Shown piece after piece: positions 51,622 to 61,298 of a DNA stretch of 64,000 bases (its first letter is position 1; every line of letters starts with the position of its first letter). The notes beneath the pieces are model-generated. The model was not told where the DNA came from and made no database searches. It saw only the letters and a program-made list of their open reading frames with translations. The stretch spans positions 78,612 through 142,611 of the forward strand of contig JAKEGJ010000021.1 of NCBI GenBank assembly GCA_022627495.1, given 5' to 3'. The position numbers and the translations under genes were made by a program. The stretch comes from Candidatus Micrarchaeota archaeon (GTDB taxonomy: Archaea; Micrarchaeota; Micrarchaeia; Anstonellales; Bilamarchaeaceae).

Positions 51622-53019
51622 ATGGGAACGGGGGCCTTCTATCCTTTTACTGCGGAGAAGCGCGAGGAGTGCGGCATCGTAGCCATCTATTCGAAAACAG
51701 GGGATGATGTCGCTCCCCATATCTGCCGCGCGCTAATCGCCCTCCAGCACAGGGGCCAGGATGCAGCGGGGCTTGCGGTTTTCGACGGAAAAAACATAGA
51801 GGCGAGACGCGGCATCGGGCTCGTTTCGGAAGTCTTCGAACCCGGGGATTTGAAAATCCGGGGGCGTGCCGGAATCGGCCATACGAGGTACCCGACGCAT
51901 GGCGAATGCAGGCTTTGCGACGTCCAGCCGATGGTCTGCAAAGGCATCGCGGTCGCCCACAACGGCCACATCGCCAATTACTCAGCGCTCCGGAAGGAAG
52001 AGGAGGCTAAAGGCTTCGAGTTCACGAGCTCGGTCGACTCCGAATTGATTCTGTCGGTTCTTGGGCGCGAAACCGACCTCGGGAAGGCGGTTGGGGGGAT
52101 GATGGAAAGGCTTGAAGGCTCGTATTCTGTCGCCTCAATCGTCAATGGACGGCTCGCAGTCTTCAGGGACCCTTTCGCAATCAGGCCGCTGGTCTGGGGG
52201 GAAAACGACGAATTCATCTGCTTCGCTTCGGAAACGGTCGCTCTGGACATTCTGGGCATACCGTATAGGGGGGACGTCCGCGGCGGGGAGCTCGTCGTCA
52301 TCGAGGGCGGGGTGGCCTCGAAGAAAGCGATTGCGCCCGCCACGCCGAGGCACTGCATGTTCGAATACGTCTATTTCGCCCGCCCGGATTCCACAATCGA
52401 CGGACAGGGAGTGTATTCGGCGAGGCAACGCCTGGGCCGGGTGCTCGCGAAGGAGGCTCCGGCCGATGCGGATGTCGTAGTGCCCGTACCGGACACCTCG
52501 CGCACTGCCGCGGCGGCGTATGCCGCAGCGCTCGGCCTGCCGTGCGAGGAGGGCCTGATTAAGAACCGCTACATAGGCAGGACGTTCATCATGCCGAGCC
52601 AGGGGGAGAGGGCGGAGGCTGTCCGGCTAAAGCTAAACCCGCTCCGGGAAGTGGTGTCCGGCCGCTCGGTGGTGCTTGTCGATGACAGCATCGTGCGCGG
52701 GACCACCCTGAAAGAGATTGCCGCGCTTGTTCGGGGCGCCGGAGCCAAAGGAGTGCACCTGCGCATCACATGCCCGCCGGTCAGGGCGCCGTGCTTCTAT
52801 GGGGTCGACATGTCGGAATACGGGGAATTGATAGCAAATAAAAAATCAATTGAAGAGATACGTGCTTATCTTGGCGCAGACAGCCTGGCATACATATCGC
52901 TTGACGGCCTGAGAGAGGCCATCGGGATTCCGCTCTGCGCGGCATGCCTCAACGGGGAATATCTTACAAAAGCCGTCCGGGCCATGGCGCAAAAAGCGGG
53001 GCAGCGGGAAACCGGATGA
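51622..53019 (+). CDS. purF: Amidophosphoribosyltransferase
   Basis: A propeptide precedes CGIVAIY. It also has HRGQDAAG, the PRPP loop VVLVDDSIVRGTT and the Fe-S Cys region ITCPPVRAPCFYGVDM. Confidence 0.9.
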   Translation: MGTGAFYPFTAEKREECGIVAIYSKTGDDVAPHICRALIALQHRGQDAAGLAVFDGKNIEARRGIGLVSEVFEPGDLKIRGRAGIGHTRYPTHGECRLCDVQPMVCKGIAVAHNGHIANYSALRKEEEAKGFEFTSSVDSELILSVLGRETDLGKAVGGMMERLEGSYSVASIVNGRLAVFRDPFAIRPLVWGENDEFICFASETVALDILGIPYRGDVRGGELVVIEGGVASKKAIAPATPRHCMFEYVYFARPDSTIDGQGVYSARQRLGRVLAKEAPADADVVVPVPDTSRTAAAAYAAALGLPCEEGLIKNRYIGRTFIMPSQGERAEAVRLKLNPLREVVSGRSVVLVDDSIVRGTTLKEIAALVRGAGAKGVHLRITCPPVRAPCFYGVDMSEYGELIANKKSIEEIRAYLGADSLAYISLDGLREAIGIPLCAACLNGEYLTKAVRAMAQKAGQRETG

Positions 53020-53046
53020 TAGAATAGGGCAGAAGAACGTGGGAAC

Positions 53047-54630
53047 ATGGTCGTTGTTGAATTCGATTACGGGGAAATGAAGAGGCTGGTGGACCTTCCG
53101 AGGGATAAGATGGTAGCCATGCTTAGCGAGCTTGGCGCGCCTTCGGAATACGAGCCCGAAGTGGACAAGGTGATTACCGAGCTTACGCCCAACCGGCCCG
53201 ACTGGTACTCGATGGAAGGCCTTGCCCGGGCGCTGAAGGCGTTTCTTGGCAAGGAGCGCCCAAGATACAAGACGAAAAAATCTGATTATAAGGTCATCGT
53301 GGACCCGACGGTTGCCGCCGTCAGGCCGTACACCGTCTGCGCGGTCGTGAAGGGCCTCAAATTCAATGACGAACGGATCAGGGACGCCGTCCTGCTGCAG
53401 GAAAAGCTGCTTGCGACGCTGGGGCGGAGGGTGAAAAAGTTCGGCCTCGGAATCTACCCCCTCCACGCCATCAGGTTCCCGGTGAGTTACACGACGATGA
53501 AGCCCGGCGACATAAGGTATGTGCCGCTTGGGCATGAGGAAGAGATGGGGGCGGACGATATCCTGAAGATGCACAAGAAGGGCCAGCAGTACGGCCAGCT
53601 GCTAAAAGGGCATAAGAGGTATCCGGTCTTCGTAGACGCTTCCGGCAAGGTCATGGCCCTCATCCCGATTGTGAATTCGGCCGAGACCGGCAAGGTGGAC
53701 TCGGACACCAGGGACATCTTCATCGAGGTTTCCGGCATCGAGATGCAGTCATGCAAGGCCGCCCTCAACATCCTCGCCTGCACGTTCGCAGACATGGGCG
53801 GGGAGGTATTCGAAGTCGCCATGGATTATGGAGGGGAGAAGTTCCGGTCCCCGGACCTTTCCGAAAAAATCATGGCGCTTGATATTGGAAAGGTCAATTC
53901 CATCCTGGGCTTAACGCTTACTGAAAAGCAGGTGGCCGGCCATCTTGCGCGGATGGGCTACGGGTATTCGGGGGGGAAGGCGGCTATTCCGCCCTACCGG
54001 GCCGACATACTCGGCATTGTGGACATCATAGAGGACATTGCAATTTCGTACGGATACAACAACTTCAGGCCCACCGTCCCGGATTTCTTCTTTCCGGGCA
54101 GGACAATAACCAAATACGACGGCACGGATGCGATAATGCGCGGCATGGGGTTTTTGGAAGCGAAGACCTTCATCCTCACGAACAAGGAGAGGCTGGATAT
54201 GATTGGCATGGGCCGGGACGTGGTCGAGATAGCCAATCCCGGAACAGCGGATTATACGGTCGTGCGCCCGACGCTCATCCTCGACATGCTTGAAACGTTC
54301 AGGATAAACAAGATGAAGGGCGTGCCCCAGAAGTTCTACGAAATAGGCATAGTGAGGGACGGAAAGCAAAGCGAGAAGCGGCTCGCTTTCGGCATGATGG
54401 ACAAAAAAATCGAGTTCGCCGATGCGCGCGGAGTCCTCCAGGCGCTTGCGGCCGAAAAGGGCCTGTATTTTACCCTGGAAAAGAAGCCGCTGAAGGCCTT
54501 CGACCCGGAGATATCCTGCGCAGTCATGGCCAACGGTAATGAAATCGGGGTTTTCGGCAAGGTTAGTGGAAGCCTGCTTGAAAGGCTGGGCCTGGATTTC
54601 GAGGTATACATCTGCGAATTGTCGCTATAG
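53047..54630 (+). CDS. pheT: Phenylalanine--tRNA ligase beta subunit (archaeal type)
   Basis: It has ELTPNRPDWYSMEGLARAL, B3/4 and B5 domain blocks, and a C-terminal catalytic-like domain. The length is about 527 aa. Confidence 0.85.
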   Translation: MVVVEFDYGEMKRLVDLPRDKMVAMLSELGAPSEYEPEVDKVITELTPNRPDWYSMEGLARALKAFLGKERPRYKTKKSDYKVIVDPTVAAVRPYTVCAVVKGLKFNDERIRDAVLLQEKLLATLGRRVKKFGLGIYPLHAIRFPVSYTTMKPGDIRYVPLGHEEEMGADDILKMHKKGQQYGQLLKGHKRYPVFVDASGKVMALIPIVNSAETGKVDSDTRDIFIEVSGIEMQSCKAALNILACTFADMGGEVFEVAMDYGGEKFRSPDLSEKIMALDIGKVNSILGLTLTEKQVAGHLARMGYGYSGGKAAIPPYRADILGIVDIIEDIAISYGYNNFRPTVPDFFFPGRTITKYDGTDAIMRGMGFLEAKTFILTNKERLDMIGMGRDVVEIANPGTADYTVVRPTLILDMLETFRINKMKGVPQKFYEIGIVRDGKQSEKRLAFGMMDKKIEFADARGVLQALAAEKGLYFTLEKKPLKAFDPEISCAVMANGNEIGVFGKVSGSLLERLGLDFEVYICELSL

Positions 54631-54698
54631 GGAGACCCCATAATTCCACTATTAGGAAACCGCTTCGGGTACCGGAGCGGCATGGGAAAAGCGCGGAT

Positions 54699-54944
54699 TC
54701 AGAGAAGCTCGATGGATTCCACAGTCGTCTTATAGACGATAACCGCCTTCCCGAACCTCCTGAAGAACCTGTCGAATATTTTTTCCATCTTCGGCTCCAC
54801 CGCGAAGGCGGACTTCGTCTTCCAGAGCTCTTTTTTCAACGGAAGCCGGTTCAGGTGGTAATAGAAAAGCCTCTTGGTGCGGTTGAACGATTTCTTGTTG
54901 GCGGCCTTAAGGTCGTAGATATACAGTACGAGCACAGGTATCAC
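54699..54944 (-). CDS. Small Cas2/VapD-like ferredoxin-fold protein (solo)
   Basis: The 81-aa protein starts at GTG. Its beta-alpha-beta-beta-alpha-beta pattern is VLVLYIYDL / KRLFYYHLNRL / TKSAFAVEP / MEKIFDRFFRRF / KAVIVYKTTV, reminiscent of the Cas2-like YDI...R...L...G...Q.SVF layout. There is no CRISPR array or cas gene nearby. Confidence 0.35.
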   Translation of the reverse strand: MIPVLVLYIYDLKAANKKSFNRTKRLFYYHLNRLPLKKELWKTKSAFAVEPKMEKIFDRFFRRFGKAVIVYKTTVESIELL

Positions 54945-55032
54945 CGAATTTCAATTGCATAGCAACGACGCAATATGAAGATGTTTCCAGCAGTGAAGGC
55001 GGCGTTTGTATGGACGGCCGCCTTCTCTGTCT

Positions 55033-55050
55033 ATGTAACTATAGTTACAT
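55033..55050. promoter_or_regulatory. Perfect 18-bp palindrome
   Basis: ATGTAACTATAGTTACAT lies 89 nt upstream of the 54944 start and downstream of the acdA stop, in an AT-rich stretch. Confidence 0.6.
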
Positions 55051-55177
55051 AACTTAATAAACAAACAACACGTCCTTATTAGTGGAACTATACCCCCGCC
55101 CCTCCCCCTCCAAAAAGAATCAGGCTGCGCCGTAAAATCAGATTTCGCAAAACGCCTTCATTCTGTTTTCATTCCAC

Positions 55178-56578
55178 TTACTTCGCCTTTTTGAGCTGTT
55201 CTCGGTATCTTGAATAAGTTATCAGCTTTCCCATCGCCTTCACCGCGGCATTCGGCGAGTTGTAGCTCGGGACGCCCTTGCTTTCAAGGATTTTCCGGTA
55301 CGCTTCGGTGTAAGTCCCGCCGATTGATATCGTCGCAATGGGCTTGCTCCGGTTGTCGGAAGCCTGGGTCAGGACATGGATTATCCTCTCGTCAATGGGC
55401 GGCGTCTGGGTGAGGACGACTATTATGAGGGCGTCTATGCCAGGGTCAGCCATCATGGCGTCTATCGCCTTCCCATACGCCTCGACGCCGGCATCCGCGA
55501 CCAAATCGAGCGGGTTCGCGATGTTTCCGTATGACGGCAGGATTTTTGCTATGATTTTTTTCGTTTCCTCGCCGAATGACGCGAGCTGCAGGCCTTCGCT
55601 TTCGATGGAATCGGCAGTGAGCACGCCCACCCCACCGCCGTTAGTTATCACCGCGATGCGGCTTCCCCTGGGCATCGGCTGGTGGAAAATCTTGACGAAA
55701 TCGAAGACCTCGGTTATGCCTTCTGCTTCCGTGACCTTGGCCTGCTTGAAAGCGGCCTGGTAGGCGAGATAGCTCCCCGCGATGTTACCGGTGTGCGAGC
55801 GCGCCGCCGCCTGGCCCCCCGCCCCCCGCCCGGCTTTGAGCGCGATAATGGGCTTGACCTTGTTCACCCTCCTCATCGCCTCAAGAAGCTTCCTTCCGTC
55901 TTTTGCGCCTTCTATGTAAAGTATGATTATGTCTGTCTCCTTGTCGCTCATCAGGTACTCAAGGTAATCCGCCTCGTCGAGCACCGTGCTGTTGCCGTAT
56001 GATATGAATTTCGAGACGCCAAGCCCGTAGAACGCCGCCAAATCGAGCACCGTTGAGCCGACCGCGCCGCTCTGGGTTATGAACGCAATCCCCCCGGCCC
56101 TGGGCCTCTCGAGCTTGTACATCGGAAGGAATATGCTGTCGACCTTTGTGTAGGGGTTGAAGGCGCCGAGGCAGTTCGGGCCGATAAGCGGCATGCCGGC
56201 TTCCTCCGCGGTCTTCCTGATTTTTTCGGCCAAATCGAACCTCTTGACCTCCTCGAAGCCGCCGCTCAGTATAATCACGCCCCCGGCCTTTTTCTTGGCG
56301 CAGTCCTCGACTATGCCAGGGACGGTTTCTGCGGGCGTGGCTATTATCACGCAATCCACCCTGCCGGGTATGCTGCCCACCGAAGGGTAGCACCTGAGGC
56401 CCGCAATCTCCGCATATTTCGGGTTCACGGGGCATACCCTGCCAGGGAACTTGCTGTCCATGAAATTCCGGACAAGGACGTTTCCTATCTTGTTGGGCGT
56501 CGCCGAAGCCCCCACTATCGCCACCGTGCGCGGCGAGAATACCGACTTGAGATTAGACACGATTTTCTTCATAACCAT
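55178..56578 (-). CDS. acdA: Acetyl-CoA synthetase (ADP-forming), alpha subunit
   Basis: It has the CoA-binding segment PRTVAIVGASATPNKIGN, the succinyl-CoA-synthetase-like segment ITQSGAVG and the phosphohistidine region ARSHTGNIAG. The start overlaps the upstream stop as TAATG. Confidence 0.85.
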   Translation of the reverse strand: MVMKKIVSNLKSVFSPRTVAIVGASATPNKIGNVLVRNFMDSKFPGRVCPVNPKYAEIAGLRCYPSVGSIPGRVDCVIIATPAETVPGIVEDCAKKKAGGVIILSGGFEEVKRFDLAEKIRKTAEEAGMPLIGPNCLGAFNPYTKVDSIFLPMYKLERPRAGGIAFITQSGAVGSTVLDLAAFYGLGVSKFISYGNSTVLDEADYLEYLMSDKETDIIILYIEGAKDGRKLLEAMRRVNKVKPIIALKAGRGAGGQAAARSHTGNIAGSYLAYQAAFKQAKVTEAEGITEVFDFVKIFHQPMPRGSRIAVITNGGGVGVLTADSIESEGLQLASFGEETKKIIAKILPSYGNIANPLDLVADAGVEAYGKAIDAMMADPGIDALIIVVLTQTPPIDERIIHVLTQASDNRSKPIATISIGGTYTEAYRKILESKGVPSYNSPNAAVKAMGKLITYSRYREQLKKAK

Positions 56579-57201
56579 TACCTGCTGAACCTTGCATCGA
56601 CTATGTCGCACCCTTCCTCGTCGAAGACGACCGGGTTGAGGTCCATCTCCTTGATGTCCTCTTTGACCATGAACGCGCATGCGCGGAGAACCAGCGTCTC
56701 GAGCGCCTTCTTGTTTATCGGCTTCTTGCCGCGCGCCCCTTCAAGGAGCGGGTGGACTTTCAGCTCGGAAACCATCTCATCGACATCCGCCGCCGCAAGC
56801 GGGCAGATTCTGGCGCTGATGTCCCGGAATATCTCCACGTAAATGCCGCCGAGGCCGAGGACTATCATGTGCCCGAACTGCGGGTCCTTCTTGCCCCCGA
56901 TAATCAGCTCGACGCCCTTGCGGGCCATCTTCTGGACCAGCACGCCCTCGACCTTCTTCCCGTTCGCGCTCTGGATTATGTCCCGGTAAGTGAGGCGGAG
57001 GACGTCCTCCTTCTTGATATTCACCTTCACGCCACCGACATCGGTCTTGTGCTCGATTTGGGGGGAGACTATCTTGAGCGCGACCGGATAACCGATGGCC
57101 GCGGCAGCCTTCACAGCGTCATCCTCGCACTTTGCAATCCGGTAAGGCAGCAGCCTGAAGCCGTGTTTCTCAAGGAGCGCGAAATCGTCAATCAGCGTCA
57201 T
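56578..57201 (-). CDS. acdB: Acetyl-CoA synthetase (ADP-forming), beta subunit (ATP-grasp)
   Basis: It has GYPVALKIVSPQIEHKTDVGGVKVNI and MIVLGLGGIYVEIFRD. ATG is at 57201 (the track start at 57207 is TTG). Confidence 0.8.
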   Translation of the reverse strand: MTLIDDFALLEKHGFRLLPYRIAKCEDDAVKAAAAIGYPVALKIVSPQIEHKTDVGGVKVNIKKEDVLRLTYRDIIQSANGKKVEGVLVQKMARKGVELIIGGKKDPQFGHMIVLGLGGIYVEIFRDISARICPLAAADVDEMVSELKVHPLLEGARGKKPINKKALETLVLRACAFMVKEDIKEMDLNPVVFDEEGCDIVDARFSR

Positions 57202-57228
57202 GAGCAAGGCTTCATCCGCTCATATTTA

Positions 57229-58275
57229 TTAATTTACACGCAAGGACGAGAGGTCCAGCCCGTATCCGCGGGCGCACTCCAGCATCTCGGAATCGTATGC
57301 GAGCATCTTCCGCGCGGCCTTCGCCGCTATCAGGCCCTTGAATTCCGGGTCCTCGCGCACCACGTCCTTGGAATAAAGCCTGGCATCGTGTATGTCGGAC
57401 ACGCCAGCCTGCCCCATGGGGTGCGCAAGGCGCGCGACCAGCGCCTTCGCCCTTTCGTACCCGATATCATAGTGCCCTGTGATGAAGCACGAGACGGCGG
57501 CGGGATTGAGCTCGGTGCCTGCGGCCGTTACGGCGTATGCGAGCGCGCCGTCGATTGAGGATATGAACCCGTTCGTCCGGTAATGCCTGGGCATCACCGC
57601 TGAGATGAAGTCCGCGGCCTTGGCTATGCTGGCATGGAACGGCAGGTCAACCCCGCGGAGGAGCGACGGGTAGCTCGGCACGCCGCTGTCCATACCGTTG
57701 TACATCACATGGTGCAATCCCACCATGTCCAGCATCATCCTGATGTGGGCGCCGGCCCCGAAGAGCCTGACGTACCGGGTGCCGATAGAGACGTGCTCCT
57801 CGCGCATTATCCTCTTTTCGGCGGCATTCAGCTGCGCGTTTCCGAATGCGGTAAACAGGTAGAAGTCTATGCCCAGCTCTTTCACCAGTATGGCTGTCGG
57901 GATGAACGTCTTCCCCACGTCGTGTATCAGCCCCCCCGCAAAAACGAGCGCCGCATCAAGCCCTTTGGCTTCGGCAAGGCCGTGCTCCTGCGCCTCCCTC
58001 GCAATCACGAACCCGAACCTCGCGACCTCTGCCGAGTGCGTCCGGGTGTACTGCCACCTCTTCCTGGCCACGTCGCCCTCTCCGAGCCTGTTCATGGCCG
58101 AGCGCACCAGGTCGGCAATCCCCTTTCCGGCCCGTTCCCTCTCGTCGATGAAGCCTTTCGAGACAAAAGCCCTGACAAGCCCTTCGAGCGCCGGTTCGTA
58201 GCGGGCCGCGCTGCGGAATGCCAATCCTTCGAGAGGTTTCGCCCTGGCATGATGCGTATAATCCACACTTTTCAT
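57229..58275 (-). CDS. HD-GYP-like metal-dependent phosphohydrolase
   Basis: It has HSAEVARFGFVIA, GGLIHDVGKTFIPTAIL, EHVSIGTRY, and LHHVMYNGMDSGVPSYPSLLRGVDLPFHASIAKAADFISAV (compare the consensus HHE.DG.GYP ... IP...RI..IADVFDAL). The GYP is degenerate, reading SYP. Confidence 0.65.
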   Translation of the reverse strand: MKSVDYTHHARAKPLEGLAFRSAARYEPALEGLVRAFVSKGFIDERERAGKGIADLVRSAMNRLGEGDVARKRWQYTRTHSAEVARFGFVIAREAQEHGLAEAKGLDAALVFAGGLIHDVGKTFIPTAILVKELGIDFYLFTAFGNAQLNAAEKRIMREEHVSIGTRYVRLFGAGAHIRMMLDMVGLHHVMYNGMDSGVPSYPSLLRGVDLPFHASIAKAADFISAVMPRHYRTNGFISSIDGALAYAVTAAGTELNPAAVSCFITGHYDIGYERAKALVARLAHPMGQAGVSDIHDARLYSKDVVREDPEFKGLIAAKAARKMLAYDSEMLECARGYGLDLSSLRVN

Positions 58276-58328
58276 GTTGTTCGCCTTTTTGTGCTTGGGA
58301 GATGATTTTGTGATAACTTCAAAGCATA

Positions 58329-58338
58329 TTTTTATATA
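58329..58338 (+). promoter_or_regulatory. TATA-like box
   Basis: TTTTTATATA lies 20 nt upstream of the ATG at 58358. Confidence 0.4.
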
Positions 58339-58357
58339 CTTAATTGGAAGGTTGGGC

Positions 58358-58894
58358 ATGAAAATCTACACCAAGTTCGGCGACCGGGGCAGCACCTCGC
58401 TGATAGGCGGCGCCGTAGTGCCGAAGAACGACCTCCGCGTCGAGGCCTATGGCGCCGTGGATGAATTGAACGCCGTCCTTGGCGTCGCCATGGCGTTCGC
58501 GGATGCAGGGCCGCTCCGGGAATCCCTCTCGCGCATACAGAAGGACCTTTTCATAATCGGAGCCGGGCTGGCGACTAGGGGCGGCGCCAAGGCGAAGCCG
58601 CTTCCGCCGGCGCGCATAGAGGAGCTGGAAAAGGAGATCGACGGGCTCTGGGCCGATCTGCCCCCGCTCCGCAATTTCATCATCCCCGGCGGGAGCAGGA
58701 CCGCATCGCTCCTCCACCTCGCCCGAACGGTCTGCCGCCGGGCAGAGCGCAGCATCATCGCCCTGTCGCAGAAAGAGGCAATAAACCCCGACACCGTCAT
58801 CTACATGAACCGGGTGGGCGACCTGCTCTTCACCCAGGCCCGCCATGTAAACTATGAGAATAAGGCGGAAGAGGCCGTGTGGAAGGGCAGGTGA
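58358..58894 (+). CDS. ATP:cob(I)alamin adenosyltransferase, PduO type
   Basis: It has MKIYTKFGDRGSTSL and the helical bundle blocks (DELNAVLG ... IQKDLF ... FIIPGG). The ATG is at 58358. Confidence 0.8.
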   Translation: MKIYTKFGDRGSTSLIGGAVVPKNDLRVEAYGAVDELNAVLGVAMAFADAGPLRESLSRIQKDLFIIGAGLATRGGAKAKPLPPARIEELEKEIDGLWADLPPLRNFIIPGGSRTASLLHLARTVCRRAERSIIALSQKEAINPDTVIYMNRVGDLLFTQARHVNYENKAEEAVWKGR

Positions 58895-58897
58895 AGG

Positions 58898-60451
58898 CTA
58901 AATGGCCCCAGCTATCTCTTTCCGCAGGTTCGCAAACCGCCCGAGCCACGCGCGGCGCTCTTCCAGAAGCTCCGCGGTCAGCCTCCGGTATTCCTCTGCG
59001 GAATAATACTGCCTCGGGTCGAAATGCCCCATGTCCACGTCGGGCACGTAATCAGGCACAAGATACCCCCAATCCGGGTCCTTCTTCCACCTGATTGCGC
59101 CTCTTGCAGCATCCGCCAGCAGCCGGGCCGAATCATAGACCGTTATCTTGATGCCGTCGTCCGTTCCCGGGTGCGCCCCGAACCTCCCCGTATCGAGCAG
59201 GAAGCATTCGATGCGCGGGTTCGCCTCCAAAATTTCCAAAAACCTGTTGCCCTCCTCTTCAGGGGGCCCTATTATGAACGGGTTGGTCCCCACGACGCGG
59301 AGCGGCTTGCCGGCCTGCGCCGGGTCCCCGGCCGACGACTCGATGGATTCGCCGAGCATGAAGAACGCCGCGGCCTGGGCGGGCGTAAGCTTTGCTATCG
59401 GTGGCACAATGGTTTTTCGCCTGGTTATGAAGACGACCATGTCTACGCGGGGAAGGTCTATCGACCCGTCCGTGCAATCCAGCTCCTTCCGTATCACGAC
59501 GCCCCTGCCGTTCGAGGTGATGCTTGAATCGAAGAAGTCGATTTTCCCGCCATCCCCTAATTTCACATTCTCAAGGATGGCGTTCCGGGACGTCGCTCCC
59601 CGATACAGGAGGGGCTGCGACTCCGGCTCAAGCCCGTCGGTCTTGATGTAGAAGTTGTCTTCGGTGCCTATGGCCGAGCCGTCCCGGTTAAGGAGCACCA
59701 CGTCGTCCTGCCTTATGCGGACCAGCTCGCCCAAGCCGCCATTTAGCCAGTGGTGGTGGCATGTTAGGGTCGTCTTCCCTGTCGCGCTCAGGCCGAAGAG
59801 CAGCATGCCCTTTTCTACGAGCTTTCCGCTTCCGGCATCCCGCACGCGTAGTATTTTCGAGCCTGCATGCAGGCCGAGCCCGCCGCGCTTCGTCTTGTGC
59901 GCGTACATCATCATGCGAAGGCCGGCCTTCTTCACCTCCCCGCAGTAGTCGGTGCCGAGGACGAAAGTTGTGAACGTAACCGGGTCCACCAGCACCTTCC
60001 GCTCCGGCCATTCGGGGACGTCTATGATTGTGAAATCCGGGCGTCCTTCCGGCTTCTTGCCTGCCTTCCCGGCCGCCCCCTCCCCCGCAGGTTTGAAAAG
60101 CATCCTTCCCCACATGTACGCGAGCCTTGCGTATCTTTTTGTCACAAAAAGCCGGATTCGCGTCCGGTACTCCCGTTTCCGGCACATGATCCTGTCGATT
60201 GAGATTAGCTCCTTGCCACGGAGGTATTCCACGACGCGCGCAGCCGTTTCGAGCTGCCCTGCGCTTGGCCTGAATGCAATCTCGGTGAATTTCGCGCTCC
60301 TTGAGCGGATGGCGGTCATGTAGCTTGCGCTTCCGTATTCCGTGGTCCTCTCGTCCCCCTTTGCCATCCTGCGGAGCTGCGCCATCGCCGGGTTCCATGC
60401 CACATTGCTCTTAGCAATAATCCCCGCCATCCTCAGGAAGCCTTCCGCCAT
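58898..60451 (-). CDS. pckA: Phosphoenolpyruvate carboxykinase (ATP), divergent
   Basis: It has the kinase-1a motif LLFGLSATGKTTLT, the collinear blocks RQDDVVLL.RDG ... NFYIKTDGL..ESQPLLY ... NAILENV, and SNGRGVV. ATG is at 60451 (the track start at 60457 is GTG). Confidence 0.6.
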   Translation of the reverse strand: MAEGFLRMAGIIAKSNVAWNPAMAQLRRMAKGDERTTEYGSASYMTAIRSRSAKFTEIAFRPSAGQLETAARVVEYLRGKELISIDRIMCRKREYRTRIRLFVTKRYARLAYMWGRMLFKPAGEGAAGKAGKKPEGRPDFTIIDVPEWPERKVLVDPVTFTTFVLGTDYCGEVKKAGLRMMMYAHKTKRGGLGLHAGSKILRVRDAGSGKLVEKGMLLFGLSATGKTTLTCHHHWLNGGLGELVRIRQDDVVLLNRDGSAIGTEDNFYIKTDGLEPESQPLLYRGATSRNAILENVKLGDGGKIDFFDSSITSNGRGVVIRKELDCTDGSIDLPRVDMVVFITRRKTIVPPIAKLTPAQAAAFFMLGESIESSAGDPAQAGKPLRVVGTNPFIIGPPEEEGNRFLEILEANPRIECFLLDTGRFGAHPGTDDGIKITVYDSARLLADAARGAIRWKKDPDWGYLVPDYVPDVDMGHFDPRQYYSAEEYRRLTAELLEERRAWLGRFANLRKEIAGAI

Positions 60452-60504
60452 GCACACCTATCCTCCCAAAATTTTAATAATTCGCGCCGGCATACATATC
60501 TCCC

Positions 60505-61134
60505 ATGAGGAGGCTTCTAAGGAGGATACGCCTGCTGAAGGGGAGCGGGGCCGGGTCCCGCATAAGCGCGCGCATGGCCGAATTCAGGGCCAGGGGGATG
60601 GCGCAATCCGGCGAATTGTTCAAGGAGCTCTGCGTCTGCCTTCTTACCGCCAACTATTCCGCCGAAGGGGGGATGCGGATGCAGCAAATCATAGGGGACG
60701 GCTTCCTTCACCTGCCCGAACGAGCCCTCGCATCGAAGCTGAAAAAGGCGGGCTACCGCTTCCCCAACGCGCGGGCGAAATACATCTGCGCCGCGCGCAT
60801 GCACAGGCACCGCCTGAAATCAGTCCTGGCGGCATTCCCTCCGGAGGCCGCCCGGGAATGGCTGGCGGACAACATCACTGGCCTGGGCTACAAGGAGTCC
60901 AGCCACTTCCTGCGGAACATCGGCATAGACCGCTTCGCGATAATCGACTTCCACATCGTGGACCTGCTTGCGAGGCACGGCGCCATAAAAAAGCCGCGCT
61001 CCAAATCCCTCTCGCGCAAGCTCTACCTTGAAATCGAGCGCAAGCTCGCCCCGCTTGCAGAGCGCGCCTCACTCAGCCCGGGCGAACTGGACATGTACCT
61101 CTGGTACATCGAGACGGGGAAAATACTGAAATAG
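60505..61134 (+). CDS. ogg: N-glycosylase/DNA lyase (archaeal Ogg2-type 8-oxoguanine glycosylase)
   Basis: It has LFKELCVCLLTANYSAEGG and the HhH-GPD region KESSHFLRNIGIDRFAIIDFHIV. Confidence 0.7.
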   Translation: MRRLLRRIRLLKGSGAGSRISARMAEFRARGMAQSGELFKELCVCLLTANYSAEGGMRMQQIIGDGFLHLPERALASKLKKAGYRFPNARAKYICAARMHRHRLKSVLAAFPPEAAREWLADNITGLGYKESSHFLRNIGIDRFAIIDFHIVDLLARHGAIKKPRSKSLSRKLYLEIERKLAPLAERASLSPGELDMYLWYIETGKILK

Positions 61135-61298
61135 CTTTTTTTGCAGAAGCATCAGCATGCCGGCGGACGACGCAACAGCAGCAGCCGCGCCGAATGCAGC
61201 CGGCGCGCCGAACGCGGCCCGGATTGCCCCGAAAAGCGCATGGGCCGCCAAATGCACGCCCCAGGCTGAGCTGCCCTGCGTCCCGAGCGCGATTCCAC

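Noticed and set aside
61069-61257. A 62-aa Ala/Gly-rich hydrophobic ORF just downstream of the DUF2207 gene on the minus strand.
   Set aside because: It overlaps the 3' end of ogg by 66 nt, is low-complexity and has no start context. It could be a real small membrane peptide, but I cannot support it.
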